A DNA stretch of 64,000 nt from Chiloscyllium plagiosum. Lineage: Eukaryota. Below, one piece after another: positions 10,985 to 23,988 of this stretch. The stretch spans positions 103,729,963 through 103,793,962 of the forward strand of contig NC_057718.1 of the NCBI RefSeq assembly GCF_004010195.1, in the 5' to 3' direction. The notes beneath the pieces were generated by a model. It did no database searches. It saw nothing but the letters and a program-made list of their open reading frames with translations, and was not told where the DNA came from. The position numbers were made by a program, and so were the translations under genes. How positions within the stretch are numbered: position 1 is the first letter of the stretch; the number at the start of each line of letters is the position of its first letter.

Positions 10985-12909
10985 AAACATAAACACAATT
11001 AGAGATTGAACAAACCTGCGCTCGTCAAGCGGCAACGAGAGTGAGAGACGTGAGGCTTTCTCGAGTTCCTTTACATAGACACACGTATCTAATGGAATCT
11101 GAATGGCTACATATTTATGAAAGATAAATTCATGGAAGATTGGCTTATTCTGTTACTTTGGACAATTATATAAACGGTGAGCTAACAGGAGAGTTGCGAA
11201 AATGTGAAGACAGTCACCAATGCAGAACTGAAGTGAGAAATGGCTTGTTTTTGTTTTGCGCTGTTGTGAAGCGGTTTCTTATATAAAACATTGGATGCAA
11301 ATAAAAATGATGGCTTTCCATCTGTGTCGCTATGGGAAGTTTTCTGCATGATCAGTCAGCTTAGGCTGATCCATAGGAGAGCTTCTGAACAGAGGTTGGG
11401 GCGTGATCTATTAGACTGGGACTGATAATCAAACTAATGGTGGGTCTTCATCACTGTATAAGGGCAGAGACTGGGGAGCAAGCTGCCTCTGACCTATTTC
11501 ACATGACAACTGATGGATGGAGCCAGAGACATGTGAAGAGCTACTGTGGGATAAAATGACTGAACTGGATCACAATCATTAGTTGGGGGGGGGGGGGGGT
11601 GGGGGAAGGAAAGGTTATCTCATTATTGATAGTTTCACAAATGAAGGGAATATCATAATTTATTTATGGATTGGTCACTTGAACTTTTTGGAATTTACAT
11701 TCAAACTGTCAGTAAGATTCTTTGCTGTTGAATAGTACAGCATTAGTTGGATTCTTAGCACTGTTTTGCAAAGTGAAGAATATAGTTTGGAATTTTCATT
11801 GAGGATATCAAACTACTACAATACTCAAGTCGCTTGACAGATGGGTTTTCTGGTATTCTTGAAGAATTAAGGCAATTAATTGCAACAACATTATAAATAG
11901 CTGTTGGGCCTTTGGAATCTGAAATCAACACGTTTAGCATCATTCACCCTCATTAGCCTTGAAAGTAATTTTTATCAGCTGTAGAGCGTGCTCACACTCG
12001 TTCAACATGAGTCAAATCATCTTTCACATGATTAGAATAAAAGGCATTCTCGAAACAGGCAAGAGAGAATCAAATGAAACATGTATTTTCCATTTCTGAG
12101 CTCTGATTAAAGGGGGAGAAAAACTTAAAAATTCAAATCAACATAAAAACTGTTTTACTTTAAAAACCTAAAGGAGGGATTCAGTGAATTCCATTATTTT
12201 CACCCACTGTCAGTTTGAATAATTTAGGAAGGCAAACTAAATTATAGATAAAGTGTACTGTTGGAAGGAAAAGTTCATGCATAGCCTGAGGCTATAACCA
12301 TCCCCTAATGACATCTATAGTCAGAGGAAAGAACATGTTTGGTTAAGGATAATTTGCAAAGGGCTGTGACAACACTTCTTAAAGCCACACCGCTTTGAAA
12401 TGATGGAAAGAAAATGATGGAATGCAAGGACTGAAAAGTAATTTGGAAGAAAATGAATTGAGTGCAATATTGTTATTCAATCTTAAGTTTAACCCAAGGA
12501 ATGAGTTGATATCCCTAATCTTGTTCAAACAATAGTTCTAGTATCCACCACCTCAGCTGAATATATCTTTCATCCCTCTATAATGAAGCTTCAAAAGAAA
12601 CTAAACAGCGTAAATGTCTTTGTGTTTCTATTGATCAGTCCATCCAACCTGTACTCAAGTACATTCAACTTAGTTGAACTTTCAAAAGTTTGGCATTGTT
12701 AAATACTTGGTCAGAAATTAAAATTAGATACGTTTTAGGAGCATCTTTGTTTGAACAGGGAGTGGAGCTATCATCAGGGTGAAGTCACACCAGGACTTTA
12801 AAACAATGCGAAGCAGCCAAATCTGTGTACTTGAGGTGCTGAAACAATACAATTAGCATTAGTATTCCTGGTGGGCATAATTCACGAATTAAACTAGGTT
12901 AATTCAAAC

Positions 12910-13202
12910 TAGGTAAGGGAGTTTTGAGAAGATATGTAGATCAGGTTAAGGTTCTGGATTGTAAGATTGCTCGCTGAGCTGGAATGTTCGATTTGGACCC
13001 TTTCTACAATCCTCTCAGGAGAAGAACAGGAAATGGCATCACCAACACAGGAAATGACATCATCAACCCAAGGAAACCTGAACACATAAATAAAAAACAG
13101 GACATAACACCAGTCCCTTCACCAGAGGCTCACTGATGATGTCACCTAGTATCATGACGAAACGTCTGAAAATGAACCTTCCAGCTCAGTGAGCAAACAT
13201 AC
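12910..13202 (+). mobile_element. Short PLE-derived insertion (family D) with inverted 5' segment
   Basis: Inverted match ttgctcgctgagctggaatgttc (12967-12989) / gaaccttccagctcagtgagcaa (13174-13196). Direct repeat attcaaac at 12902-12909 and 13203-13210. Contains a hammerhead core. Confidence 0.65.
13130..13169 (+). ncRNA. Minimal hammerhead ribozyme motif (family D)
   Basis: UCA-CUGAUGA-U-GUCA-(loop)-UGAC-GAAAC-GUC-UGA: stem I UCA/UGA, stem II GUCA/UGAC, GUC cleavage triplet. Confidence 0.75.
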
Positions 13203-15149
13203 ATTCAAACGAGATAAATTAAACTCCAGACATTATTATTGGCACTTATAGAGTCATGGAGACGATACCACAGGAAAATGCCATTTGGCCCATCAAGTCT
13301 GTATTTGTCAAAAAAACACCTAACTATTCAAAACCCTTCTTTAAAAATGTGGGGGGCAAAATGGCAATGTGCTTACTTTGTAATTTTCCATTGATTTAAA
13401 TTTGATCAGGGTGGTGTCAGTGAGATGCCCCCCAGGATTAAGGATGGTAGCAAATTAGCAATAAGGTGTTTTCACGTTTATAACCAGGTCATTACGTTCA
13501 ATAAGTTAGTAAAAAGAGGGATGGGGTTAATTGGACAGCCATTTCAAAGAGTTGGCAGGGTACAATGGACAGAATGGTGTCCATCTGTACTGCATAGTTC
13601 TGTGGATGGAATTTAATTGAGCCCACTGGAGGTGACAGGGGGTATGAAGCCATGTGAATCAGCACTGGACTTCCAGTGTCTGAAAAACAGTCTTCAGTGA
13701 AATTAGGGATAGGTAGGGAGTGACAGAAGGATCCCATTAGCTGATGTGAGATATGAATTGTGTTCATCACAGAGCTGCTTAACACCATTTCTCTCCAAGC
13801 CCATTGGAATTCAGTGGTTAGGGAGCTCTTGTACACTATGCTGCACCCCTGCCCCAACCCCCGCCACTCAAAAACATAATCTCAGATCCACTCCATTCTC
13901 CCTCAAACCTTTTGGAAAGTTCAATCATATTATGATTGCTGTTACCACAGCTGTTCGACATGACACAATTAATTACATCTATCTTGTGTCACTGTGCTAG
14001 GCTGAGTTAGCCTGTTCTCTAGTCAGCTATGTTGCTGTTCTCAAAACTACCCTAAAAACATTCTTTGAGTTCCTCATCTGGGCTATTTTTGCCTACCAGA
14101 CTTTTCCAGTTTTAAACAGATTGAAATCTGCTTTGATTATTGCCAAATCTTTGAGCTCTTGTTATTTCTTTCTCTATGTTTCACTATACCATGTGGTTAC
14201 TGTTTAGAGACTTATATGCCACTCCCACATGTAACTTGTTGCACTTATCATTTCCCATCTCCACCCAAACTACATCCACATCTGAGTTTCCTGAACTTAG
14301 GTCAGGCCTTTCTATTGTATAATTATTGTAAGTCCTAGCAGTGTCACCCCTAGATCTTTACCTAATTTATTGACCTTCCTAAATGTCCAGGATCCTTCAG
14401 GTCTTTGGTCTTAATCAGTGTCATCTAGCAACAGCAGCATGTCTCAGCGACAGCCACCAAATTTTGTTTGTTTCCATCGCCAACTGGGAAGAAGCTGCAG
14501 CTTGAGCTTTTCTGCAACAGTGGAAATCTCTGACTGACAATCCTCCTCTAGCACAGAGACAGCTACCTCAGTAGGTACTCCATTTATATTTGATTTGGGT
14601 GTGCATCTGGTGAGTGAATCATTGACGGGTTCTCAGCTGGTGCAGGAAGAAATGCCCAAAGTCATTGACATTCAGAGGACTGCCAGCGACCTGATCAATG
14701 CTCTGCAGAAGAAGCGCCGCTGAAATTGGCAGGAAGTGAGCAAGAATGCAAGTCATATCAACTTGGATAGTATGAACATGTTAGCATCTACCTAGCCACA
14801 TTGTGACGATGTTCTGGAAGTCAAACTTGTTCCTGTAAGGTATGAGTAAAGGAGGTCTTTGTTCAACTCTCAAAGTAAAAGTCTCCAACTCCACAAAACT
14901 GCACACCCCAGAACATGCTGCAGTGAGCTAATCAGCATCTTGGCTTTCGAAGGGTTTGCTACTACAAATTAAACTTGTCCATCCTTTAACTAAAGCCCAG
15001 TCTCTATTGAGTCGGCAGCAGCAGCTACTGCACCAGATTATAATGACATCACTTCCTTCATACCTTGCATCTCTTCACAACTGAAAAGACAGTTTGGAAC
15101 AGGTGATATGTGCCAAACAGAGTGCTCCTAAGTAATCAACCTTGAAATA

Positions 15150-15290
15150 GAGTTCTGTGGAAGAATCACTGGACCAGAAATGTTAACTCTGATTTCTTCA
15201 CAGATGCTGCCAGACCTGCTGAACTTTTCCAGCAACTTATGTTTTTGTTTCTGATTTGTAGCATCCGCAGTTCTTTCAGTTTTTGTTTAG
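15150..15290 (+). mobile_element. PLE terminal-repeat fragment (family C), degenerate
   Basis: 'gttctgtggaag...gaaatgttaactctg...cacagatgctgccagacctgctgaac'. Related copies at 17855-17953 (-), 32274-32400, 35085-35245, 45710-45795 (-) and 55750-55850. Confidence 0.65.
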
Positions 15291-15809
15291 AAATGTGCAT
15301 AAGTAGCTGATTTGAATTCACAATTTACTATGGGAACATATAAACCCAGTTGTTTTAAAAAATACTGGAATAATGGTAAAAGTAAAGTTGGACCATACAG
15401 AGACTCATTGGAAAGGTACGACTGGTGGTGCTTTAACCTGAAGGTCACCATTCTTCAGGTGAGGATAAAGGTTGAGAAGCAGGATCTTCATGGTGACCTC
15501 AACTTTACCTTTAATACTAGAGTATAGATTATTGGAAAGCAACATTGGAACCCACTGACATTTTCTCAGAATATGGATGATCACAATCTTTCCATGGGAT
15601 TAAGAATGAACAATAATTCTGATACAATAAACAGAGGCACAAACAAAGCAATTCTTATAACACAATTAGATGGTCTATCAAACCTCCATGGCCAACACTA
15701 CTCAAGATGGGTCTTGAACCTGGAAGTCTGACCCCAGGGGTAGGTACGCTACCAACGCACCACAAGAACACTAATATGTTATATTCCATCGACTTTGTAT
15801 GAGACAAAC

Positions 15810-17440
15810 AAGGAATAAGATAAACCATCAGCCCCTCCAGCCAGTTCTGCTATTCAATGTGATCATGGCTGATCTGTGGCCTAACTCCATAAACCTGCCG
15901 TTGGCCCATATCCCATAACGGCTTTACTTAACAAAAGTTTATCTATCTTGGATTTAAAGGTAACAACTGATCCAGCATCCACTGCCATTTGTGGAAGAGA
16001 GTTCCAAACCTCTCCCACCCTTCGTGTTGAGAATTGCTTCCTAACATCTCTCCTGAACAGAGACAATGCCCCTGGTTCGAGGAACCTCAATTAATTGAAA
16101 TAGTTTATCTTTATCTCTCTTGTCTTTTCATGTTAATACCTTGAAGACTTCAATCCGATTACTCCTTAATCTTCTAAATGCTAGAGGAAATTTGTAATAT
16201 TCTCTTCTCATAACTTAACCCCTGAAGTCCAGGTCTCATTCTTGTAAACCTACATTGTGCTGCCTCCAAGGTCATTACCACCTTCCGAAGGTGTAGTGCC
16301 CAGATCTGCTCGCTATATTCCAAGTGGTGTTTAACTGAATTTTGTATAACTGCAGTATAACTCCTGCATTGCTATCTTTCAGTCCTCTAGACCTGAGGGC
16401 TGGTATTCCACTAACTGTCTTGATTATTTCCTGCACCTCTTCAAGGCATTTTAAAGATCTATGCACCTGAGTCCCCAAGTCTATTTAACTCCACACCATT
16501 TAGAAAGTACCCTCATTTATCCTTTTTCACACTCACACTTGTTTCCATTCAACTTCATCCCTTGGTCATTGAGAATCTATCTCCCTCAGCCTTAAAGATA
16601 TTTAAAGATTTTGCATCCACTGACTTTTAGAGTCAGAGATTCATGGAGCTGTGCAGCACAGAAACAGACCCTTCGGATCAACTCATCCATGCTGACCAGA
16701 TATCCTAAAATAATCTAGTCCCATTTGCCAGCATTTGTCCCATATCCCTCTAAACTCTTCCTATTCATCTACCCATCCAGATGCCTTTTAAGTGCTGTTA
16801 TTGTACCAGCCTCCACCACTTCCTCTGACAGCTCATTCTATTAACACAACACCCTCTGCGTGAAAACGTTGCCCCTTAGGTCCTTTTTAAATCTTCCGCC
16901 TCTCATCATAAACCTATGCCCTCAAGTTTTGGACGTTCCCACCCCTGGAAGAAGACTTTGTCCATTTACCCTACCCATGCCCCTCATGACTTTATAAACC
17001 TCTAAGGTTACCCCTCAGCCGCTGACACTCCAGGGAAAATAGCCCCAGTCTATTCAACCTCTCCCTATAGCTCAAATCCTCCAACTCTGGCAACATCCTT
17101 GTAAATCTTTTCTGAATCCTTTTGGGGAAAGGAATTCCAAAGACTCACAAGCCTCTGAGAAAGAAAACAAACTATGAGCTCCAGTTCTAGGTTCTCCAAC
17201 AAGAGGGACATCCTTTCAATACCCACTCAATCAAGTCTCCTCAGGAGCTTATGTGTCTCAATTAAGAAACCTCTGACACTTCTAAGATCCAGAGGATACT
17301 GGTCTAGCCTGTCTAGTCTTTCTGCATAAGTCAATCTGCTCATTCCAGGTATTAGTTCGGTAAGTGTTCTCTGACTGGCTTCCCACACATTACCATCCTT
17401 CAGTAAGTATGTTTACAATGTGCTGTGCATCTCACCAATG
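15810..17440 (-). mobile_element. Cluster of nested CR1 LINE 3' fragments
   Basis: Antisense ORF2 C-terminal peptides (FSTRRVGEVWNSLPQMAVDAGS). A younger HER1-type copy at ~16630-17122 sits inside an older one. Confidence 0.85.
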
Positions 17441-17854
17441 TGAGATTGTATCTAGAGTACAACTGAAATGTTCTTAAGATTGAGTTAACAATCTTTCGCA
17501 TCCACTATACCTCTGGAGCTGATAAAACTTGAAAAACTTCAGGGACAGAGGTAAGGACACTACCATTGTGCCACAAGACCCTGAAAGCCCAACAGTATGG
17601 ATCACAACACATGGATTAGAAACCCTACTGACTGAGCTAGCTTGGGCTAACACAACATGTCATTGTTTGCAACTCAATTACACGGGGAATATTCTTACAT
17701 GGAGTATTTGTCTATATTGTGCAAGGTTGGAAGATGGTGTATATTAAGGTTGAGCTTTTTATGGAACAAAATAAATTGATAAAGTTCCTATTTTAAGAAA
17801 TTCAGAGTTTACCTAGATGCAGAGCACAGCACAGCTGATCAGAATTATATTACA

Positions 17855-17953
17855 ACAAAAACAGAAGTTGCTGGAAAAGCTCAGTGGATCTGGCAGCATC
17901 TGTGGAGATAAATCGGAGTTAACGTTTTGGGTATACTGACCCTTCCTCAGAAC
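17855..17953 (-). mobile_element. PLE terminal repeat (family C) with hammerhead-like core
   Basis: Reverse complement of 17918-17953: GUU-CUGAGGA-A-GGGU-cagtat-ACCC-(A)AAAC-GUU-AAC. The G of GAAA is lost, consistent with CpG decay. Confidence 0.7.
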
Positions 17954-17980
17954 CACAGATGATGCAAATGCTCCACTTAC

Positions 17981-18081
17981 TCAGCTGTAGATTTATCACC
18001 CGAACATCATTACTCTCGGTTTGATATTCTGGCTTTTGCACGTTCAAAAGCTTTGGAAATCCGAGATATTTCTGCATCATC
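17981..18081 (-). CDS. Candidate coding exon (MMQKYLGFPKLLNVQKPEYQTESNDVRVINLQL), unidentified
   Basis: AG...GTAAGT boundaries in non-repeat sequence. Frame is open and compatible with 18660-18782. Acceptor is weak and no protein was recognised. Confidence 0.2.
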
Positions 18082-18659
18082 CTGCCCCAAATGAGCTGTG
18101 TGCATTCACCAATGTGTTAATACAATAGAATGAACCATGCTTTTTGCTAGATGGTTTATTAATGATACCATTATCACATCACTGAAATATTTTCAATGAT
18201 AAGTGGTAAAATCTCAAGGCTCCTGCATACTGTCATATTAAGTCACATTCAACAATTCAAATCCGATGTAAATCTGACAGCTTGCTTGAATTAAGGATTG
18301 AATTCAGCAAGTCTGAAACAAAAGGTGTATTCACCTGAAATCACAGGTAATGAGAGTCTGTGTTACTTCAATTGTCTACACGGAGCAGTTGTGGAGCAAC
18401 ATCCTTTACCTGAGAATGTTTAAACATAGTTGATCCCTCATTGACGAACTTCAATATCAAGTGTTAGTAGCTTGTTTTTATATCTTTCCAAGACATGACA
18501 GAGAAAGTAGTAGGGACAATTATATGCAGAATCTCAAATATTGAAAATAGTCAACTTAATGCTACCTCACTGCAGATGTTTGAAAGTGATCAGGAACTGT
18601 GTGGTTAAAGCCAGTTAACAGGGCTGAACACAGGGATGTGTTTGGATTCAAAGGCTTAC

Positions 18660-18782
18660 GTTTCCAGTGCCTGTCGGAAACAAGATAGACTTCTGTCTGC
18701 CTGAATACATTTTCCTTGGAGAACCTTAATGAAGAATGTAGCATGAGCTAAATACCACATATTAAATGGTGGCTTTCCGTTG
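18660..18782 (-). CDS. Candidate coding exon (NGKPPFNMWYLAHATFFIKVLQGKCIQADRSLSCFRQALE), unidentified
   Basis: Acceptor ttccttccttcccAG, donor GTAAGC, 123 nt, open phase 2-2 frame. Confidence 0.25.
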
Positions 18783-19899
18783 CTGGGAAGGAAGGAAATT
18801 TACTGCAGCAGAAATAATTAAAAGGCTAAGAATGAATTGCAATGCTGATAAGTACTTGGCAGCTGGATGATGCTCATTTTTGCACCTCACATTTGACTCA
18901 CTCAGTCACAGTTCATCGCATAAACTTTGTTGTCTCTGAATGTGAACACTGTGAATTCAAGGCCTACTCTAGACAGTTGGGAACAAAATGTCTTGGTTGA
19001 TCCAATCCTCTGCTGTATGGAGTGATTGCTGCACTTACAGTGATGTTGTCTCTTGGAATCCTACATTACCACAGTTCTGCATGCCAAACACACCTCACTG
19101 GCTGTCACACGTGTGTTTTGGGCATCCCGAGGTCACAGCAATTACTATGTAAATGCAAGTCGACACCTCCTTTATTCAAGCACCTTGCCAAATACTCCGA
19201 CAGTTAGGAATGACTGAGTGAAATGGTGGGTGTATCAAAGGCAGCAGAAAATTGAGATGTGGGTGACACAGAACAAGACACATCTGTCAGCAATGAGGCA
19301 TGGGCAAAACTGATCAACCTCAGCTGAGGAATTAAAATACAGATGGCCCAACTCTTTAATCAGACAGCGATTTTCTCTCTGTGAAATTCTGTATAAGATG
19401 ATGGCTCTGAAAGAGTTAAAGTTCATGCTGTCTTAAGCTCCACCCAATCTGGATGGAGCGTCATCTGGTAGTCTTTGTAAAGATGTCTAATTGGTCATTG
19501 TAACTTGTACCTTTTACTGCCATGTAATAAACTAAGTTTATGTAATAAACTTGTTGCTAAGATCAGCACTTATCCTTGTTAAGACTCAGTTGTGAACTCT
19601 CCTTTACATTTCCCTATTGGATAGACCCTTAACTCTGCATAGAAAGGAAAACTGGTGAGTGATGCTGTACCTCAGTCATAAACCCCTTAAATTTCTGCTG
19701 TAACCTGCAAAGTGAATGCAGTCAGGAAATCAAAACTGGCATCAGTCAATGGACATCAGTTTTACTGCTACAAATAGAATTTGTATTAGAATGACGAGGC
19801 ATATCTAGAATTTGCTTTTGTCCTATCTGTGAGCTAGTCATGAGAATTTGAGAATAAAGCTGGAACAAGCCAAGTGGGAGCACCTTAAGATTCTGGTTC

Positions 19900-20465
19900 A
19901 GGCAGGCAGTGGGCTGGCGCACATATGGAATATTGTGCACAGATTTGGGCCCTTTATCTTGGGAAGGATGCATGGCCTTGGAACGTGTTCAGGAGGTTCA
20001 CAAAAATGGTCCAGGAATGAAAAGCCTAACATATGAGGAATGGTTCAGGACTCTGGGTTTATACTCAATGGAGTTTAGAAGGATGAGGGAGGGATCAACT
20101 GAAACATATAAAATGCTGAATGGCCTGGACAGAGTGGATGTTGGGAAGATGTCTCCATTGGGAGGAGAGACTAGGACCCGAGGGCACAGCCTCAGAGGAA
20201 AGGGAAGACCTTTTAGAACGGAGATAAGGAGAAACTTCTTCAGCCAGAGAGTGGGGAATCTATGGAATTCATTGCCACAGAAGGCTGTGGAGGCCAGGTC
20301 ACTGAGTATATTTAAGACAGAGATAGATAGGTTCTTGAATATCAAGGGTTGCAGGGAGAAAATGGGAGAATGGGGTTGAGAAACTTATAAGCCATGATTG
20401 AATGGCAGAGGAGACTGGATGGGCTGAATGGTCTAATTTCTGCTCCTCTGTCTTTATGGTTTTAT
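19900..20465 (+). mobile_element. CR1 LINE 3' fragment
   Basis: ORF 19909-20379 'LGLYSMEFRRMR...RTRGHSL...RRNFFSQRVGNLWNSLPQKAVEA' is the CR1 ORF2 C-terminus. Confidence 0.92.
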
Positions 20466-21179
20466 CACTGATTGTAGGGAAATTCCAAGCCAGGCTAAAA
20501 CAAAATGTTCAAAGCTTTTCAGCCTTCACTGTAAACAAAAAGTTGACATAAACTACAGCTCTAGATATGGGAAAATCTTTACAAGATTGCAACAAAGGTG
20601 TCTGAGTCCTGCTACATTATGTGAACACCCCAGGGAACAGTGGAATCAATTACTGTGAGTAATTCTATAATTCAAGGGCAATCCAATAAACTACGACCAT
20701 GGGACACTCCAATTCATGACCAGTCTCTTTGCTTTTTCCAATAAAGTGACATCCCATTGGATTATGGAGTACCCAATGACACTGTCTGCTTTGACTCCTA
20801 GAAGAATCCAACAAGGTTCCTTGTGGCAAGAGCATAGTATAGCAACAGGAATACATGAAAGCATTTTGGAGTGTATAAAAACATTCGTGCGAGGGTTAAG
20901 CCTCTGGCCCTGTTTGGAGCAGTTGTCTCAATGTGAAGGGAATTTTACCAGGCAGTAGCTTGGGACTCCATGCCCAGGGTTTATAATTCACAATCAAAAC
21001 TTAGATTCAGAACACACAAAGCAACTTGATATCAGCTCTATTACTCTGATGTCCTTAAGAAAGGTAGAGTTTGTCTGGCTTGCATGCAAAACAATACTTT
21101 TTGCCGTATTTCAGCAAAATTGACAATAATAAATCAAATCAAATCAAAAAAATCAAAAACTCATCAGTTCTCTGGGAGA

Positions 21180-22630
21180 GTCCAGGACCTATAGACCAAT
21201 GAATCTCACATTCGTGGTTGGGAAGCTATTGGAGAGAGTTCTTAGGGATAGGATTTACATGTATTTGGAAAAGCATGGTCTAATTAGGGACAGTCAGCGT
21301 AGCTTTGTGCGGGGCAAGTCATGTCTTACTAACTTGATTGAATTTTTTGATGTGACAAAGGTGGTCGACGAGGGTAGAACAGTGGATGTTGTCTCCATGG
21401 ATTTTAGTAAGGCTTTCAACAGGTGTCTCACGGTAGGCTCATCCAGAAGATTAAGATGCATGGGATCCACGGTGACTTGGCCGTGTGGATTCAGAGTTGA
21501 CATTTCCACTGAAGGCAGGGGGTAATGGTGGAAAGGGGTTTTTCTGACTGGAGGTCCGTGACTATCGATGCTCTGCAGGGATCCATTCTGGGTCCTCCAC
21601 TGTTTGTGATATATATATAAATGACTTGTATGAAAATGTAGATGGGTGGGTTAGTAAGTTTGCAGGCGATACAAAGATCGGTGGAATTGTGGATCGTGTT
21701 GAAGTTTGTCTCAGTTGCAGATATGGGCGGGGAAATAGTAGATGAAGTTTAATCTGGGTAAGTGTGAGGTGTTGCACTTTGGGAGATCAAATGTTGTGGA
21801 AAAGTATATAGTTAATAGTAGGACCCTGAACAGCATTGATGTAGAGAGGGAACTTGGGGTTCAAGTCCCTAACTTCCTTAAAGTGACAACACAAGGTGGT
21901 AGAAAGGGTGGTAAAGAAGGCTTATGGCTTGCTTTCCTTTATTGTTTGGGGAATTGAGTACTAGAGTCAGGTGTTATGTTGCATCTTTATAAGACACTGG
22001 TTAGGCCACACTTAGAGTACTGTGTTCAATTCAATTACAGGAAGGAAGCGGAGGCTTTGGAGAGGGCGCAGAAGAGGTTTCCTGATGAAGAGTCTGGCTT
22101 GAAACATCGATTCTCCTGCTCCTCGAATGCTGCCTGACCTACTGTGCTTTTCCAGCAACACACACACAACCACAGAAGAGGTTTACCCTGCCTGGATTAG
22201 AGGGTATGAACTATAAGGACAGGCTTGAAAAACTCGGGTTGTTTTCTCTTGAGCAGTGGAGGCAGAGGGGAGACTTGATAGAAGTCTATAAAGTTATGAG
22301 ATGCATAGATAGGGTTGACAGATAGAATCTTTTTCCTGGAGTTGAAATATTTAATACAAGGGAGCATGCCATATTTAAGGTGAGAAGGGAAAGTTCTAAG
22401 GGGATGTCTATACATAGAGAGGAGTAGAAGTGTGGAATGCGCTGCTAGGAATGGTGGTAGTGATGACACATAAGATGGGGCAGAGAAGATACTTTTAGAT
22501 AAGCACATGGATATGCAAGGGATGGCGGGATATGGACAAAGAGCAGGTTTAATTTGGCGTCATGTTTGGTACAACATTGTAGACTGAAGGGCCTCTTCCT
22601 CTGCTGGACAATTCTATGTTCCATGTTCTA
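21180..22630 (+). mobile_element. CR1 LINE RT domain to 3' end (pseudogenised)
   Basis: 'GLIRDSQ..FVRGKSCLTNLIEFF', 'DFSKAF', 'FNLGKCEVLHFGRSN'. Multiple frameshifts. Confidence 0.92.
22081..22172 (+). mobile_element. Solo PLE family-A terminal fragment with 12-bp TSD, inside CR1
   Basis: TSD cagaagaggttt at 22069-22080 and 22173-22184. The insert starts cctgatga. Confidence 0.8.
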
Positions 22631-22709
22631 AAAATCTACATCTACAGGTAGTAAAAAGCAGAGGAAGCCCATTATCCTGATACCAGAAGAAGTTATAATC
22701 GATTCCTCT

Positions 22710-23362
22710 TTCTTTATTCTTTCACAGGACATGGGCACTGAGAGCCAGGCCAATATTTGATGCATATTCCTAATTGCCCTTGAACTGTGTGGCTTTCAGA
22801 GGGCAGTAACAAATCAACCACATCACTGTGGGTCTGCATTCACATCGAGCCAGACCAGGTAAGGATGGCAGATTTCCTTCCCAAGAAGGGAATTAATAAA
22901 CCAGATTGGGGTTTTTATGATCACAGCTTTGTAGTCACTGTCAGCATTGTCTAGCTTGTTTCATGAATTAAATTTCACTTAAGCGCTCAGGTGATTGTCT
23001 GCATGGAGTTTACACATTCTTTCCATGTCTGCTCCGGGTGCTCCGGTTTCCTCCAAAGATGTGCAGGTTAGGGTGGATCAGCCATGGGAAATTGCCTATA
23101 GTGTCTGGGGATGTGCAAGCCAGGTGAATTAGCCATGGGAAATGCAGGGTTACAGGGATGGGCTGGGGGTGTGGGTCTGGGTGGGACGCTCTTTGGAGGG
23201 TCGGTATGGACTTGATGGACCAAATGTCCTGCTTCCACACTGTAGTGATTCTATGATTGGGAAGATGCTGGCATCAGATTTGAACCCTTGCTCCCAAACT
23301 AATTGCCCAGGGTTTCTGGTTCACGAGTCCATAGACACGACCATTGTGCCACCACCTCCACT
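22710..23362 (-). mobile_element. Deu-domain SINE interrupted by a 5'-truncated plus-strand HE1 SINE (~23000-23256)
   Basis: 'ccagaccaggtaaggatggcagatttccttccc' core before the insertion and the tRNA-like head ('tttgaacccttgctccc') after it. Confidence 0.7.
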
Positions 23363-23988
23363 TCATGGTGAGGGCATTGCTCAGCGACCACAACAAGAAT
23401 TGAATAAAACAGGTAACTGAGTTAGGGGAGGCAAAGCAGACAAACTTAATCTATCAAGTTGTAGAATGCTGCTGACAGGAATGAAAGCATATTCAATAAA
23501 CTCCAATTTTCTGAAGTTAGTTTCAGTTACTGCCCATCTTGGATTTGCCCAAAAAGGAACATTTAACGGTAAACCTATAAATACAACACCCATGCTATTT
23601 AATAATCATCTTTCAAACTGGTCTCGCAATGAGAAATCCAATAGGAAACTTAGGAGGACCTTGTTAACCAGACACTGGTAAGAAGGTGGAACTTGCTACT
23701 GCAGGGAATCATTGAGACAAATAGAATGGATACATTTAAACACATAAGGGAGAAAGGGATAGGAGGATTTGTTGGCCAGATGAGATAAAGTAGGCCAGGA
23801 TGTGACTCCTGTGGACTATAAAGATAAATGGACCAACTGATTGGAACTTATCTGCTCTCTACATTCAATATAATTCCATGTCATCCTGCTGTTGCTCACA
23901 GTTCCGTGCACTAGGTCGTAATCCCCTGGAAAATGATTTGCTCAGCTCTTCCAATTACAGCAAAAAATCCTTTTGGAAATACTTGACT

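Noticed and set aside
14640..14723. Short frame LVQEEMPKVIDIQRTASDLINALQKKRR* as a terminal exon
   Set aside because: Weak acceptor, no recognisable homology and no supporting upstream exon.
18670..18695. Plus-strand 'VGNKID' resembling the small-GTPase G4 motif
   Set aside because: The frame stops shortly after, and there are no other G motifs or suitable splice sites.
19215..19608. Possible solo LTR (AATAAA x2, ends TTTACA); similar impression at 54450-55150
   Set aside because: No definable 5' end, TSD or second copy, so the evidence is too thin to list as a feature.
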